Shown piece by piece: positions 28,183-38,392 of a DNA stretch of 64,000 nucleotides (the first letter of the stretch is position 1; each line of letters begins with the position of its first letter). Position numbers and translations under genes: made by a program. The notes beneath the pieces were generated by a model. The model ran no database searches, was not told the origin of the DNA, and saw only the letters and a program-made list of their open reading frames with translations. Source of the DNA: Gemmatimonadota bacterium (GTDB taxonomy: Bacteria > Gemmatimonadota > Gemmatimonadetes > Gemmatimonadales > GWC2-71-9); the NCBI GenBank assembly GCA_003222085.1, contig QHUK01000010.1, positions 67,688-131,687 on the forward strand, read 5' to 3'.

Positions 28183-28234
28183 CTAAGTTATTGTATACAA
28201 ATATGTTATATTGTTACTCGGCTCTGAGGGTCCC

Positions 28235-28263
28235 AATATAGGGGCTTGGTACCCCCAATGCAA
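28235..28263 (-). promoter_or_regulatory. putative sigma-70-type promoter of parAB
   Basis: On the minus strand, TTGCAT - 17 nt - TATATT, about 50 nt upstream of the parA ATG. Confidence 0.4.
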
Positions 28264-28269
28264 AGAGTG

Positions 28270-28285
28270 AGTTTCACGTGAAACC
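28270..28285. promoter_or_regulatory. parS site 1
   Basis: aGTTTCACGTGAAACc matches the conserved parS palindrome tGTTTCACGTGAAACa. Confidence 0.85.
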
Positions 28286-28291
28286 GCCGCG

Positions 28292-28307
28292 AGTTTCACG
28301 TGAAACA
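28292..28307. promoter_or_regulatory. parS site 2
   Basis: aGTTTCACGTGAAACa; its 14-nt core starts 8 nt after the core of site 1. Confidence 0.85.
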
Positions 28308-28328
28308 CCGGTTGCGGGGCTGTTCGGC

Positions 28329-30197
28329 CTAGGCCACCCGTCGGCGCCAGCGGGCCGTTTCGACGACGAGATTGTGCAGATCGCTCGGCGACACGCCGGG
28401 AATTCGCGCCGCTTGAGAGAGGGAGGTCGGTCGAATCCGATCGAGCTTCTGGCGCGCTTCGGTGGCGAGACTCTGGAGCTCGAGGTAGGGAAGGTCTGCC
28501 GGGAGCGCAAACGCCGCGAGCTCGGCCAGCCGTGCCGCCGCCTCCCGCTCGCGCGCCAGATATCCCTCGTATTTCAAGTCGATCGCGGCGCTCACCACGG
28601 CGGCGTCGTCCGCCGCCACGGTCACGCCGGCCGCCTCGAGCAGCGCGCGCAGCGACACGCCCGGCCGCCGGGCCACGCTCGCGACTCGCTCAGGCTCTCC
28701 CAGCGTCGTGCCCGTGTCCGCCAGCACGGCCGCGGCAGCGGCCGGCGTGATCGTCGTCATGCGCGCCACGCGCAGCAACTCCTCCTCTTCCTCGAAACGG
28801 CGCGCTGCCACCCGCCACTCCGCCGCACTCAGTAACCCCAGGCGCTCGGCGAGCGGCGCCAGCCGCCGCAGGGCGTTGTCCTGCCGGAGCGATAGCCGAA
28901 ACTCGGAGCGCGACGTGAACAGCCGGTACGGCTCGTCCACCCCACGGGTCACGAGATCATCGACGAGGACGCCGATGTAGGCAGCGTCGCGTCCCAGGAT
29001 CACCGGCTCCGCGCCACGGATCCGGCGCACGGCGTTGATCCCCGCCACGACGCCCTGGCCGGCTGCCTCCTCGTATCCGGTCGTGCCGTTGATTTGCCCC
29101 GCGAAGAACAGGTGCTCCACGGCCTTCGTCTCGAGCCACGGCGTGAGCTGAGTCGGCGGATAATAGTCGTACTCGATGGCGTAACCCGGCCGGGTCATCT
29201 TGGCTCGCTCGAGACCCGGTACGGCGCGCAGGAACTCGAGCTGCACCGGGACGGGCAGGGAAGTGGACAGCCCGTTCACGTACAGCTCGTGCGTGTCGAG
29301 CCCCTCCGGTTCGAGGAACACCTGGTGCCGCTTAGCATCGGGGAACTTCACGATCTTGTCTTCGACCGAGGGACAATAGCGCGGGCCCCGTCCGCTGATC
29401 GCGCCGCCGTACAGCGCCGATTCCTTGAGATGCGCGCGGATGATCTCCTTCACTTCTTCCCCGGCCCATGTGATCCAGCAGGGCAGCTGACGTGGCAGCT
29501 CGACGCGGTCGTAGAACGAGAAGCGGTAGGGAGTGGCGTCTCCGTCCTGGCGCTCAAGCCTGGACCAATCGACGGTGCGGCCGTCCACTCGCGGCGGTGT
29601 ACCGGTCTTGAAGCGGGACACTGTAAGTCCAAGTTCCTCAACGTGTTGTGCGATATCGACGGCCGGCTGATCGCCGGCGCGCCCGGCGGGGATCTGGGTG
29701 TCGGTCCCCAGGTGGATGCGACCGCGGAGGAACGTGCCGGCGGTGAGCACGACGGCGTGCGCGCGGAAGCTGCGCCCGTCGGCTGTCACGACACCCGCGG
29801 CGCGCGTGCCGTCCGTGAGCAGACGCGTGACCATTCCCTGCGTGAGGTCCAGCTGCGAAAACCCTTCGAGCAGTGACCGCACGGCGCGGCGGTACAGCGT
29901 GCGGTCGCACTGGGCTCGGGGCGCCCAAACGGCGGGACCCTTGGAGCGATTGAGCATCCGGAACTGGATCGTCGCGCGATCGGTCGCCCGCCCCATGATC
30001 CCGCCGAGGGCATCGATCTCGCGCACGACGGTACCCTTCGCGATCCCGCCGATGGCGGGATTGCAGGACATCTGCCCAATCGTGTCGAGGTTCGACGTCA
30101 GCAGGAGGGTCCGGGCGCCCAAGCGAGCAGCCATGACCGACGCTTCGGTACCGGCGTGGCCGGCACCTACAACAACCACGTCATAGTCGTAGGACAT
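28329..30197 (-). CDS. mnmG: tRNA uridine 5-carboxymethylaminomethyl modification enzyme MnmG (GidA)
   Basis: DVVVVGAGHAGTEA and GQMSCNPAIGGIAKG; 622 aa. Confidence 0.95.
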   Translation of the reverse strand: MSYDYDVVVVGAGHAGTEASVMAARLGARTLLLTSNLDTIGQMSCNPAIGGIAKGTVVREIDALGGIMGRATDRATIQFRMLNRSKGPAVWAPRAQCDRTLYRRAVRSLLEGFSQLDLTQGMVTRLLTDGTRAAGVVTADGRSFRAHAVVLTAGTFLRGRIHLGTDTQIPAGRAGDQPAVDIAQHVEELGLTVSRFKTGTPPRVDGRTVDWSRLERQDGDATPYRFSFYDRVELPRQLPCWITWAGEEVKEIIRAHLKESALYGGAISGRGPRYCPSVEDKIVKFPDAKRHQVFLEPEGLDTHELYVNGLSTSLPVPVQLEFLRAVPGLERAKMTRPGYAIEYDYYPPTQLTPWLETKAVEHLFFAGQINGTTGYEEAAGQGVVAGINAVRRIRGAEPVILGRDAAYIGVLVDDLVTRGVDEPYRLFTSRSEFRLSLRQDNALRRLAPLAERLGLLSAAEWRVAARRFEEEEELLRVARMTTITPAAAAAVLADTGTTLGEPERVASVARRPGVSLRALLEAAGVTVAADDAAVVSAAIDLKYEGYLAREREAAARLAELAAFALPADLPYLELQSLATEARQKLDRIRPTSLSQAARIPGVSPSDLHNLVVETARWRRRVA

Positions 30198-30228
30198 GCG
30201 GACAAAGTACGTGAATGGGCAAGGCTAA

Positions 30229-30261
30229 GGCTAGACGCACAGACGCAGCAGGGGAGAACAG
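30229..30261. repeat. left inverted repeat of the four-helix-bundle cassette
   Basis: GGCTAGACGCACAGACGCAGCAGGGGAGAACAG. The reverse complement of 30721-30761 is identical except for an extra 8 nt. Confidence 0.85.
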
Positions 30262-30642
30262 TTAACGGGGCTTGGAGTCTCTCGATGAAGAATCGCTGAT
30301 CTTCCGGAGCAATCCGTAGAGAGTCTTGCTGGTCTCAATGGCAAGCGCCTCAAGCCGCCCATAGTCAGCGGGTTCTACGTACCCAACGTCACGGGCGATC
30401 TCCAAAGCGGTCTGCACTTCGGCGAGCGATGCCCACGCTGTGTCTAGATAGCGTCGATATTCTCGCGTGCCTCGCCGTGTACTCCCCTCGGCGATGTTCA
30501 GCGGAACGCTGTAGCAAGCGCGCCGTAGTTGATCGCCGAGGACTTCCTGTTCGTAGTCGGGAAAGCTACGCGCTGCCTTGACACATTCGACGGCGAGCCG
30601 CTGGGCATGCTGCCAGGCCTTCAGCTTCTGGTGCAGTGGCAT
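30262..30642 (-). CDS. four-helix-bundle protein (23S rRNA intervening-sequence protein family, PF05635/TIGR02436-like)
   Basis: 126 aa. QLRRACYSVPLNIAEG and ASLAEVQTALEIA fit the family pattern. GC is about 55% in the 100 nt I counted. Confidence 0.8.
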   Translation of the reverse strand: MPLHQKLKAWQHAQRLAVECVKAARSFPDYEQEVLGDQLRRACYSVPLNIAEGSTRRGTREYRRYLDTAWASLAEVQTALEIARDVGYVEPADYGRLEALAIETSKTLYGLLRKISDSSSRDSKPR

Positions 30643-30720
30643 GGGGGCAAGTTAGGGAACGCGAAGCGCTCCAGGGCATCGTTTCTACGCGGCGAGTACC
30701 TCTTTCCTGCCAACCCCAAC

Positions 30721-30795
30721 CTGTTCTCCCCAGTGCGTCTGCTGCGTCTGTGCGTCTAGCCTATCGTGCGTCTACTGCGCCTGGTGCGTCTAGCC
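30721..30795. repeat. right inverted repeat plus extra TGCGTCT units
   Basis: CTGTTCTCCCCAGTGCGTCTGCTGCGTCTGTGCGTCTAGCC (30721-30761). More TGCGTCT units and a second GTGCGTCTAGCC follow, ending at 30795. Confidence 0.85.
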
Positions 30796-30823
30796 TTTCG
30801 CGCTTCGGCGTCTCCCTCAACGT

Positions 30824-32086
30824 CTATGCTCTAACCCAGCGTATTAATTCGCGGAGATTCGGCCGTTTCCCCGTCATGAGGATCCCGACCCTGTATATCC
30901 TGGCAGCGATCCAGGTGACCGCCCCGATCCCCACCCCGAGCAGCGCCAGTGACATGACTAGCTCGCTTACGCTCACACTGCCCGCCGCCCAGCGCACGGG
31001 CATGGCGATCGGTGACGTGAATGGGACGAGCGACAACGCGACCGCGTAGGGAGAGCCCGGATCGTTCGCGAGCGCGAACACCGACAGGTAGGCGATCATG
31101 AGGAGGAAGACGACCGGCTGCTGCGCCTGGCGCGCCTCCTGCTCGCTGGAGGACATGGCGCCCACCGCCGCGAACATCGCCGAGTAGAGGAAAAAGCCGC
31201 CCAGGAAGTACCCGAGGAAGACCGCGACCGTCGTCGCCGGGACCGGCGGGAGCTGGAACGCCGCCTCCTGCCCGACATCCGCGGGCGCCACGTTGCCGAT
31301 GAGCGCGGCGCGCTGCGACAGGACCAGCCGCCCACCCAGACCCCAGATCGCGAATTGGAAGATCGACACGGCCCCGACCCCGACGACCTTGCCGAGCATC
31401 AGCTCGAACGGCCGCAGCGATGACACCAGGACTTCGACGATCCGCGTCGTCTTCTCCTCCAGCACGGAGCTCATCACGTTCACGCCGTAGACGGCGATCA
31501 CGATGAACAACACGATCGACATGACGTACGCGAGCCAGAACGATTGTGCCGAGCTTTCCCCCGTGGTGGCCGATCCTGAGATCTTCTTGGTCCGGAGGTC
31601 GATCCTGAGCTGCGCCCGGCCGACGGTGGCAGGATCCACACCCGCGCGCTCGAGCCGTGCGTTCACCGCGAGTCGACCGAGCACGCCCCGTAGCTCGTCG
31701 ATGTCGCGGAACGAAGACACGTTCGCCGCGCGATACTCGGCCGCGCCCGTCTCCACCGTCCGGTCCGCCAGAATGAGGAGCCCATCCAGCCGGTTGAGGC
31801 CGACTTCGCGGGTCAAAGAATCCAACAGCCCCGCGCGCGGAGCGGATCGGGCGACGATCATGAAGGTCTTGCCTCGCGCCAGCGAGTCTGCCACACGGGC
31901 GCCGAACCCCGACGTCGTGCCGTCCACCACGACGATGGCCTTGGTACCGCCGGCGGCGGCAAAGTGCAGGGGGATGATGATGATCGCGGCAAAGAAGAGG
32001 GGGCCCAGGATGGCCGAGACCCAGAACCATTTGCTCCGTACGCGCTCGACAAACTCGCGCCGGATTACCGCCCGGATCTTACGCAC
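30824..32086 (-). CDS. ABC-2 type transporter permease (NatB-like)
   Basis: N-terminal TM helix, a large extracytoplasmic loop, then 5 C-terminal TM helices. The start overlaps the ATPase stop by 8 nt. Confidence 0.8.
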   Translation of the reverse strand: MRKIRAVIRREFVERVRSKWFWVSAILGPLFFAAIIIIPLHFAAAGGTKAIVVVDGTTSGFGARVADSLARGKTFMIVARSAPRAGLLDSLTREVGLNRLDGLLILADRTVETGAAEYRAANVSSFRDIDELRGVLGRLAVNARLERAGVDPATVGRAQLRIDLRTKKISGSATTGESSAQSFWLAYVMSIVLFIVIAVYGVNVMSSVLEEKTTRIVEVLVSSLRPFELMLGKVVGVGAVSIFQFAIWGLGGRLVLSQRAALIGNVAPADVGQEAAFQLPPVPATTVAVFLGYFLGGFFLYSAMFAAVGAMSSSEQEARQAQQPVVFLLMIAYLSVFALANDPGSPYAVALSLVPFTSPIAMPVRWAAGSVSVSELVMSLALLGVGIGAVTWIAARIYRVGILMTGKRPNLRELIRWVRA

Positions 32087-33041
32087 GCACCGCCTCCGCC
32101 CCGACCAGGTCGATGAAGATCTTGTTCAACGACGCCTCTTGCAGCTCGAACCTGGACAGCCGCGCCCCCGATGCCACGAGTCGCTGGAGGATCTGCTGGG
32201 GGTCGGCGCCGGCCGCGAGCTCGACCTCGGCATATTGCCCATAGTTGTCCACGTTGCTCACCAGGGTCTGGTCGGCGAACACTTGCGCCGCCCCGCCCAG
32301 GCTCCCATCGAACCCGAGGACGAGATGGTGCCCACCATGTGTCCGCTTGATGTCCGCGAGCGCGCCGTCCACCAGCTTCCGTCCGCGCGCGATGATGCAC
32401 AACTGCTCGCACAGCTTCTCGGCCTGCTCCATGATGTGGGTCGAGAACAGGATCGTCTTCCCGCGATGGCGCAAGTCGAGCACCGTGTCCTTCATCACCT
32501 GAGTATTGACGGGATCGAGCCCCGAGAAGGGCTCGTCGAGAACCAGGAGATCCGGGTCGTGGAGCACGGTCGAAATGAACTGCACCTTTTGTTGCATCCC
32601 CTTGGACAACTCGTCGATCCGTCGCAGTCGCCACTCGGTGAGGCCGAGTCGCGCGAGCCATTCCTCAGCCCGCTGACGCGCCCGCCGTCGATCGGTGCCT
32701 TTCATCTCGCCGAGAAAGACGAGAACGTCGAGCACCCGCATCTTGCGGTACAGGCCGCGCTCCTCGGGGAGGTAGCCGATCCGCTCCGCGTGGGCTCGCC
32801 CCCCGCCCGGCTCGCCGAATACGCGCACGGTGCCGCCGTCGGGCTCCAGGATGTCCATGATCATGCGAAGCGTGGTCGTTTTCCCGGCGCCGTTCGGCCC
32901 GAGCAGGCCGTAAATCACGCCACTGGGCACGGACAACGACAACTCATCGACGGCGGTGTGACCGGCGAAGCGTTTGCTGACCCGATCGAGGATCAGGATC
33001 GGGGTAGGGGAGGGAGAGGGGGAGGGGGAGGGCGCCGTCAT
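32079..33041 (-). CDS. ABC transporter ATP-binding protein (NatA-like)
   Basis: Walker A GPNGAGKTTT, signature LSKGMQQK, Walker B LLVLDEP. Confidence 0.9.
   Translation of the reverse strand: MTAPSPSPSPSPTPILILDRVSKRFAGHTAVDELSLSVPSGVIYGLLGPNGAGKTTTLRMIMDILEPDGGTVRVFGEPGGGRAHAERIGYLPEERGLYRKMRVLDVLVFLGEMKGTDRRRARQRAEEWLARLGLTEWRLRRIDELSKGMQQKVQFISTVLHDPDLLVLDEPFSGLDPVNTQVMKDTVLDLRHRGKTILFSTHIMEQAEKLCEQLCIIARGRKLVDGALADIKRTHGGHHLVLGFDGSLGGAAQVFADQTLVSNVDNYGQYAEVELAAGADPQQILQRLVASGARLSRFELQEASLNKIFIDLVGAEAVRA
33001..33030. repeat. hexanucleotide tandem repeat (GGGGAG-like x5)
   Basis: Encodes the PSPSPSPSPTP tail at the N-terminus of the ABC ATPase. Confidence 0.8.
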
Positions 33042-33056
33042 GTGCGCGGCGCTAAT

Positions 33057-33509
33057 CTAGCCCCGTGGGGGCTGGACTGCGTCGGTCAGGGCGTTCCAGG
33101 GAAGCAGAGCGCACTTGATGCGGACGGGGAACTTCGACACGCCGGCCAGGGCACGGAGCTCGCCCAGCGTCTTATCCCGCGCGGCGCCCTCGTCCCCCTG
33201 CATCATGGCGCCCATCCGATCGGCCAGGGCGAGTGCCTGGGGGATCGACTTGTCCTTGACGAGCTGGGTCATCATCGAGGCCGCCGCCTGACTGATGGAG
33301 CAGCCCCGGCCGATGAAGCGTGCTTCCTTGATGACGTCGCCGTCGACACGCAGCTGCAGGTCGATCTCGTCCCCACACAGCGGGTTGTTCAGCGACACCG
33401 CGTGGGTCGCCTGCTCCAGCGTCCCCTTGTTGCGGGGCCGCCGGTAGTGATCGAGGATCAGCTCCTGGTAGAGGGCGCTGAGCTGCGGATCAGGCGGGGA
33501 CGTATCCAA
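33057..33509 (-). CDS. sufU: SufU/NifU-type Fe-S cluster scaffold
   Basis: Three conserved Cys contexts: NPLCGDE, GRGCSIS and IKCALLPW. Confidence 0.85.
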   Translation of the reverse strand: MDTSPPDPQLSALYQELILDHYRRPRNKGTLEQATHAVSLNNPLCGDEIDLQLRVDGDVIKEARFIGRGCSISQAAASMMTQLVKDKSIPQALALADRMGAMMQGDEGAARDKTLGELRALAGVSKFPVRIKCALLPWNALTDAVQPPRG

Positions 33510-34725
33510 ACAGGGCTCCCGCCTTGACGAGCGCGCCGGCGAGGGCGTCCACCTCGTCCAGCCCGTTGTAGAGATAAAAGGATGCGCGGGCGGTGGCGGT
33601 CACGTTCAGCCGGCGCATCAGCGGCTGAGCGCAGTGGTGACCGGCGCGGATACAGATGCCGTCCTGGTCGAGAATGGTCGCGATGTCGTGCGGGTGAATA
33701 TCCCCGTACGTGAACGATACCACGCCGGCGCGGTCGCTCTTTCCGGGCGGGCCGTACACCGTCACGCCCTCGATCTGCGTCAGCTTGGCGATCGCGGCCG
33801 CCGCGAGGGCCTGCTCGTGCTCGGCGATCCGCTCCCGGCCGATGCGCTCGAGGTAGGTGATCGCGGCCGCGAGTCCGACCGCTCCTTCGACGTTCGGCGT
33901 CCCCGCCTCGAACTTGTGCGGAATCTTGTTGTAGCTGGAGTGGTCGTCCCACACCCGCGAGATCATCTCGCCGCCTCCATGATACGGCGGCATCGCCTCG
34001 AGCAGCTCCGGCCTCGCCACCAGCGCCCCGGAGCCCATCGGCCCGAGCATCTTGTGACCCGACAGGGCGTAGAAGTCGCAGTCGAGCGCCTGCACGTCGA
34101 CCTTCAGATGCGGCGTCGACTGGGCCCCGTCCACTACGACGACCGCGCCGACGGCATGGGCGAGCTTCGTGAGCTGGGCCACCGGATTCACGGTGCCGAG
34201 TGCGTTGGACACGTACGGGAACGCAACGATCTTGGGCCGCCGCTCGAGCGCCCGGCCGAAGTCGGAAAGATCGATCCGCCCGTCCGCGGTGAGCTCGACC
34301 ATCCGGAGCGTGGCCCCCTTTTCCTGACACAGGATCTGCCACGGCACGAGGTTCGAGTGGTGGTCCATGGCCGTGACCACCACGCCGTCGCCGGCCTTCA
34401 CGCTGGCACGACCGTAGGACCCCGCCACCAGGTTGATCGCCTCGGTCGTGCCCCGGGTGAATACGACGCCCTCCGGCGCCCAGGCGTTCACGAACGCGGC
34501 GAGCTTCGCTCGCGCCGCCTCGTACGCCTCGGTGGCGCGAATGGCGAGGTCGTACGCCCCGCGATGCACGTTCGCGTTGGTGGTCCGGTAATAGTCCGCA
34601 ATGGCGTCGAGCACCACCTGCGGCTTCTGGGTCGTCGCGGCGTTGTCGAGGTAGACCAGCGGGTGGCCGTTCTCCCGCTGCGCGAGCAGGGGGAAGTCGG
34701 CGCGAAGGCGGGCGACGTCGAGCAT
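33490..34725 (-). CDS. sufS: cysteine desulfurase SufS
   Basis: ATG at 34725 overlaps the sufD stop (TGATG). YLDNAATTQKP, SGHKMLGPMG and RAGHHCAQP. Confidence 0.9.
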   Translation of the reverse strand: MLDVARLRADFPLLAQRENGHPLVYLDNAATTQKPQVVLDAIADYYRTTNANVHRGAYDLAIRATEAYEAARAKLAAFVNAWAPEGVVFTRGTTEAINLVAGSYGRASVKAGDGVVVTAMDHHSNLVPWQILCQEKGATLRMVELTADGRIDLSDFGRALERRPKIVAFPYVSNALGTVNPVAQLTKLAHAVGAVVVVDGAQSTPHLKVDVQALDCDFYALSGHKMLGPMGSGALVARPELLEAMPPYHGGGEMISRVWDDHSSYNKIPHKFEAGTPNVEGAVGLAAAITYLERIGRERIAEHEQALAAAAIAKLTQIEGVTVYGPPGKSDRAGVVSFTYGDIHPHDIATILDQDGICIRAGHHCAQPLMRRLNVTATARASFYLYNGLDEVDALAGALVKAGALFGYVPA

Positions 34726-36073
34726 CAGGCGAGCCGCTCGCGCACCAGGCGGTCGAGGCGGTCGCGCACGACCGGGTGCCGCATCCGGTCGAGGATCTCC
34801 GCGCCGAAGCCGTACGTGAGGATGCTCCGGGCGGCCTCGGGCGTGAGCCCGCGGCTGCGGAGATAGTAGAGCTGCATCTGGTCGATCGGGCCCACCGTCG
34901 AGCCGTGGGTGCATTTCACGTCGTCGGCGTAGATCTCGAGCTGCGGCTGGCTGTCGGCGCGCGCTTCGGTCGAGAGCAGCAGGTTGTTGTTGGTCTGCTT
35001 CGAGTCCGTGCGCTGCGCCCCGGGCCGGACGATGATGCGTCCGGTAAAGACGCCGTGCGAGCGCTCCGCCAGCACGCCGTTGAAGAACTCGTGGCTCGCG
35101 CAGTGCGGCTGGGCGTGGTCGATCACCGTGTGATGATCCGCGTGCTGCGCGCCGCCCAGCAGGTACAGCCCGTTGAGGATCAGCTCCGCCCCGGCTCCGT
35201 CGAGGACCGCGTCGATGTCATGCCGGGCGAGCGCCGCGCCCAGGGTCACGACGTGGAGACCCAGATAGCTGTCGCGATCCTGTCGCGAATGTGTCGTTGC
35301 CACTTGGAAGCTGTGCGGACCTTCCCGCTGCACACGGTACAGCTCGGCCCACGCGCCAGCTCCCACGACGACCTCGGTGACGGCGTTGGTCCAATACACG
35401 CCGTCCGACAATGCGGCGTAGGTCTCCACGACCGCGGCGCGGGCACCCCGCTCGACCACGATGAGGCTGCGCGGATGGGAAACGAGCGGGCCCTCGGACC
35501 GCGCGCGACCGGTGGAGACGAAGACCACCTCGAGCGGTCGCTCGAGCGTCACGTCGGCGGGAACGTGCACGAACGCTCCGTCCGCGAGGAACGCGGTGTT
35601 GAGCGCCGCGAAGGCGCTGTCGCGCCAGCGCGCGTGCCGCGCGAGGTGGGCACGGGCCAGCTCGCCGCCCGCGTCGGTCCGCAGCGCGGCGGCGAGGCTC
35701 CCCGCCCGCGCGCCGCCGACCAGGTCCGCCGGCGTGGAGAGGGTCGGGGCGTGACGCCCGTCCACGAAGACGACGCGCGGGCCCGCCCCGAGGCACAGGC
35801 GCTCGATGTCTGAGGGAGCGGGGAGCCCTACAGGAGTCCCTGACGGTCCCGGGGAGCCGGGAGCATGGGCAAGGATGAATCGCTGGTCCGCGATCGGCGC
35901 GACGCTCGTGAAGCGCCACTCCTCCTGCTTCATCGTGGGGAAGCCGAGCTCGGCGAACCGCCCGATCGCCCCCTCGCGGAGCTCCTTCAGCCAGTCGGGC
36001 GCGCCCGAGGCGCCGTTTCGCGCGAACGCCTCGAAGTCGGCGACGTACGGTGCTGTCCTGTCGGGGACATCGG

Positions 36074-36077
<4 letters not shown>
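34725..36077 (-). CDS. sufD: Fe-S cluster assembly protein SufD
   Basis: 450 aa with the C-terminal beta-helix pattern shared with SufB. ATG overlaps the sufC stop (ATGA). Confidence 0.85.
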
Positions 36078-36861
<784 letters not shown>

Positions 36862-36865
<4 letters not shown>

Positions 36866-38298
36866 CCCACGCTCCCTTCGAGGCTGATCCCGAGCAGGCG
36901 CTGCGCCTCGACCGCGAACTCCATGGGCAGCTCCTTGAAGACTTCCTTGCAGAAGCCGTTCACGATCATCGAGACGGCGTCCTCGGCCGAGAGGCCGCGT
37001 TGTTTCGCGTAAAAGATCTGGTCCTCGCCGATCTTGGAGGTCGAGGCCTCGTGCTCCATGATGGCGGAGCTGTTGCGCACGTCGATGTACGGGAACGTAT
37101 GCGCCCCACACCGGTCGCCAATCAGCATCGAGTCGCACTGCGAGTAATTGCGAGCGTGCTCCGCGCCCTTCAGGATCTTCACGAGACCGCGGTAGGTGTT
37201 CTGCCCGCGGCCGGCCGAGATTCCCTTCGAGACGATCGTCGAGCGGGTGTTCTTGCCCATGTGAATCATCTTGGTGCCCGTATCCGCCTGCTGGCGGTGG
37301 TTGGTCACGGCCACCGAATAGAACTCGCCGATCGAGTCGTCGCCCTGCAGGATGCAGCCGGGGTATTTCCAGGTGATCGCCGAGCCCGTCTCCACCTGTG
37401 TCCACGAGATCTTGGAGCTCCGGCCACGACAGGCGCCCCGCTTGGTCACGAAATTGTAGATCCCGCCTCGCCCCTCTTCGTCGCCCGGGTACCAGTTCTG
37501 GATGGTCGAGTACTTGATGGTCGCCCGGTCGAGCGCGACCAGCTCCACCACGGCCGCGTGCAGCTGGTTCTCATCGCGCACCGGAGCCGAGCAGCCCTCG
37601 AGGTAGCTCACGTAGCTTCCCTCGTCCGCAACGATCAGCGTCCGCTCGAACTGGCCCGTGGACTCCGCGTTGATCCGGAAGTAGGTGGACAGCTCCATGG
37701 GACAACGCACGCCCTTCGGGACGTACACGAACGAGCCGTCCGTGAACACGGCCGAGTTGAGGGCGGCGAAGAAGTTGTCGTTGTAGGGCACCACGGAACC
37801 GAGGTATTGCTGCACCAGCTCGGGATACTCCCGGATCGCGTCCGAGATGGCGCAGAAGATCACGCCGTGCTTCTTGAGCTCCTCGCGAAACGTCGTCGCG
37901 ACGGAGACCGAGTCGAACACCGCGTCCACCGCCACGCCCGCGAGCCGCTTCCGCTCCTCGATCGGGATCCCGAGCTTCTCGAACGTCTCGAGCAGCTTCG
38001 GGTCGACCTGCTCCAGGCTGTCCAGCTTGGGGCGCTGCTTGGGAGCCGCGTAGTAGCTGATGGCCTGATAGTCGATCGGGCCATACTGCACGTTCGCCCA
38101 ATGCGGCTCGGGGCTTTTCAGCCAGTTACGGTAGGCCTTGAGCCGCCAGTCGACCATCCAGGCCGGCTCGCCCTTCTTCTCTGAGATCAGACGGATGACG
38201 TCCTCGCTCAGACCGGGGGGGACGGTCTCCGACTCGATATCCGTGACGAAGCCGTACTTGTACGGCTGGAGGACCTGGGCTTCGATGCCGCTGCTCAT
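36862..38298 (-). CDS. sufB: Fe-S cluster assembly protein SufB
   Basis: ATG at 38298 after GGGAG; 478 aa. [20 protein letters not shown] and [17 protein letters not shown]. Confidence 0.9.
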
Positions 38299-38358
38299 TG
38301 AGACTCCCGAAGTCCTTTGTGCATCGCAAGTTGCGAAGGGGTGACCATGGCGCAGGCG

Positions 38359-38388
38359 AATCCTACAGGATTTACTCGGGATTGTCAA
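38359..38388 (-). promoter_or_regulatory. putative suf promoter with an overlapping inverted repeat
   Basis: On the minus strand, TTGACA - 17 nt - TAGGAT. AATCCT-GT-AGGATT (6-2-6 inverted repeat, 38359-38372) covers the -10. Confidence 0.45.
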
Positions 38389-38392
38389 CGAG

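Larger units (their letters stand above)
30229..30795. mobile_element. putative IR-bracketed IVS-like cassette carrying the four-helix-bundle gene
   Basis: Inverted repeats on both sides, a local GC drop, and a further repeat copy at 63941-63970. No transposase is present. Confidence 0.35.

Noticed and set aside
28183-28260. AT-rich stretch upstream of parA as an origin unwinding element with DnaA boxes.
   Set aside because: No 9-mer there comes close to TTATCCACA. The AT-richness is adequately explained by the parAB promoter and leader. Only the 25105-25246 spacer carries box-like 9-mers.
30262-30642. Four-helix-bundle protein as the Avd accessory protein of a diversity-generating retroelement.
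   Set aside because: No reverse transcriptase ORF and no template/variable repeat pair is visible near it. Only the AGACGCA-type inverted repeats flank it.
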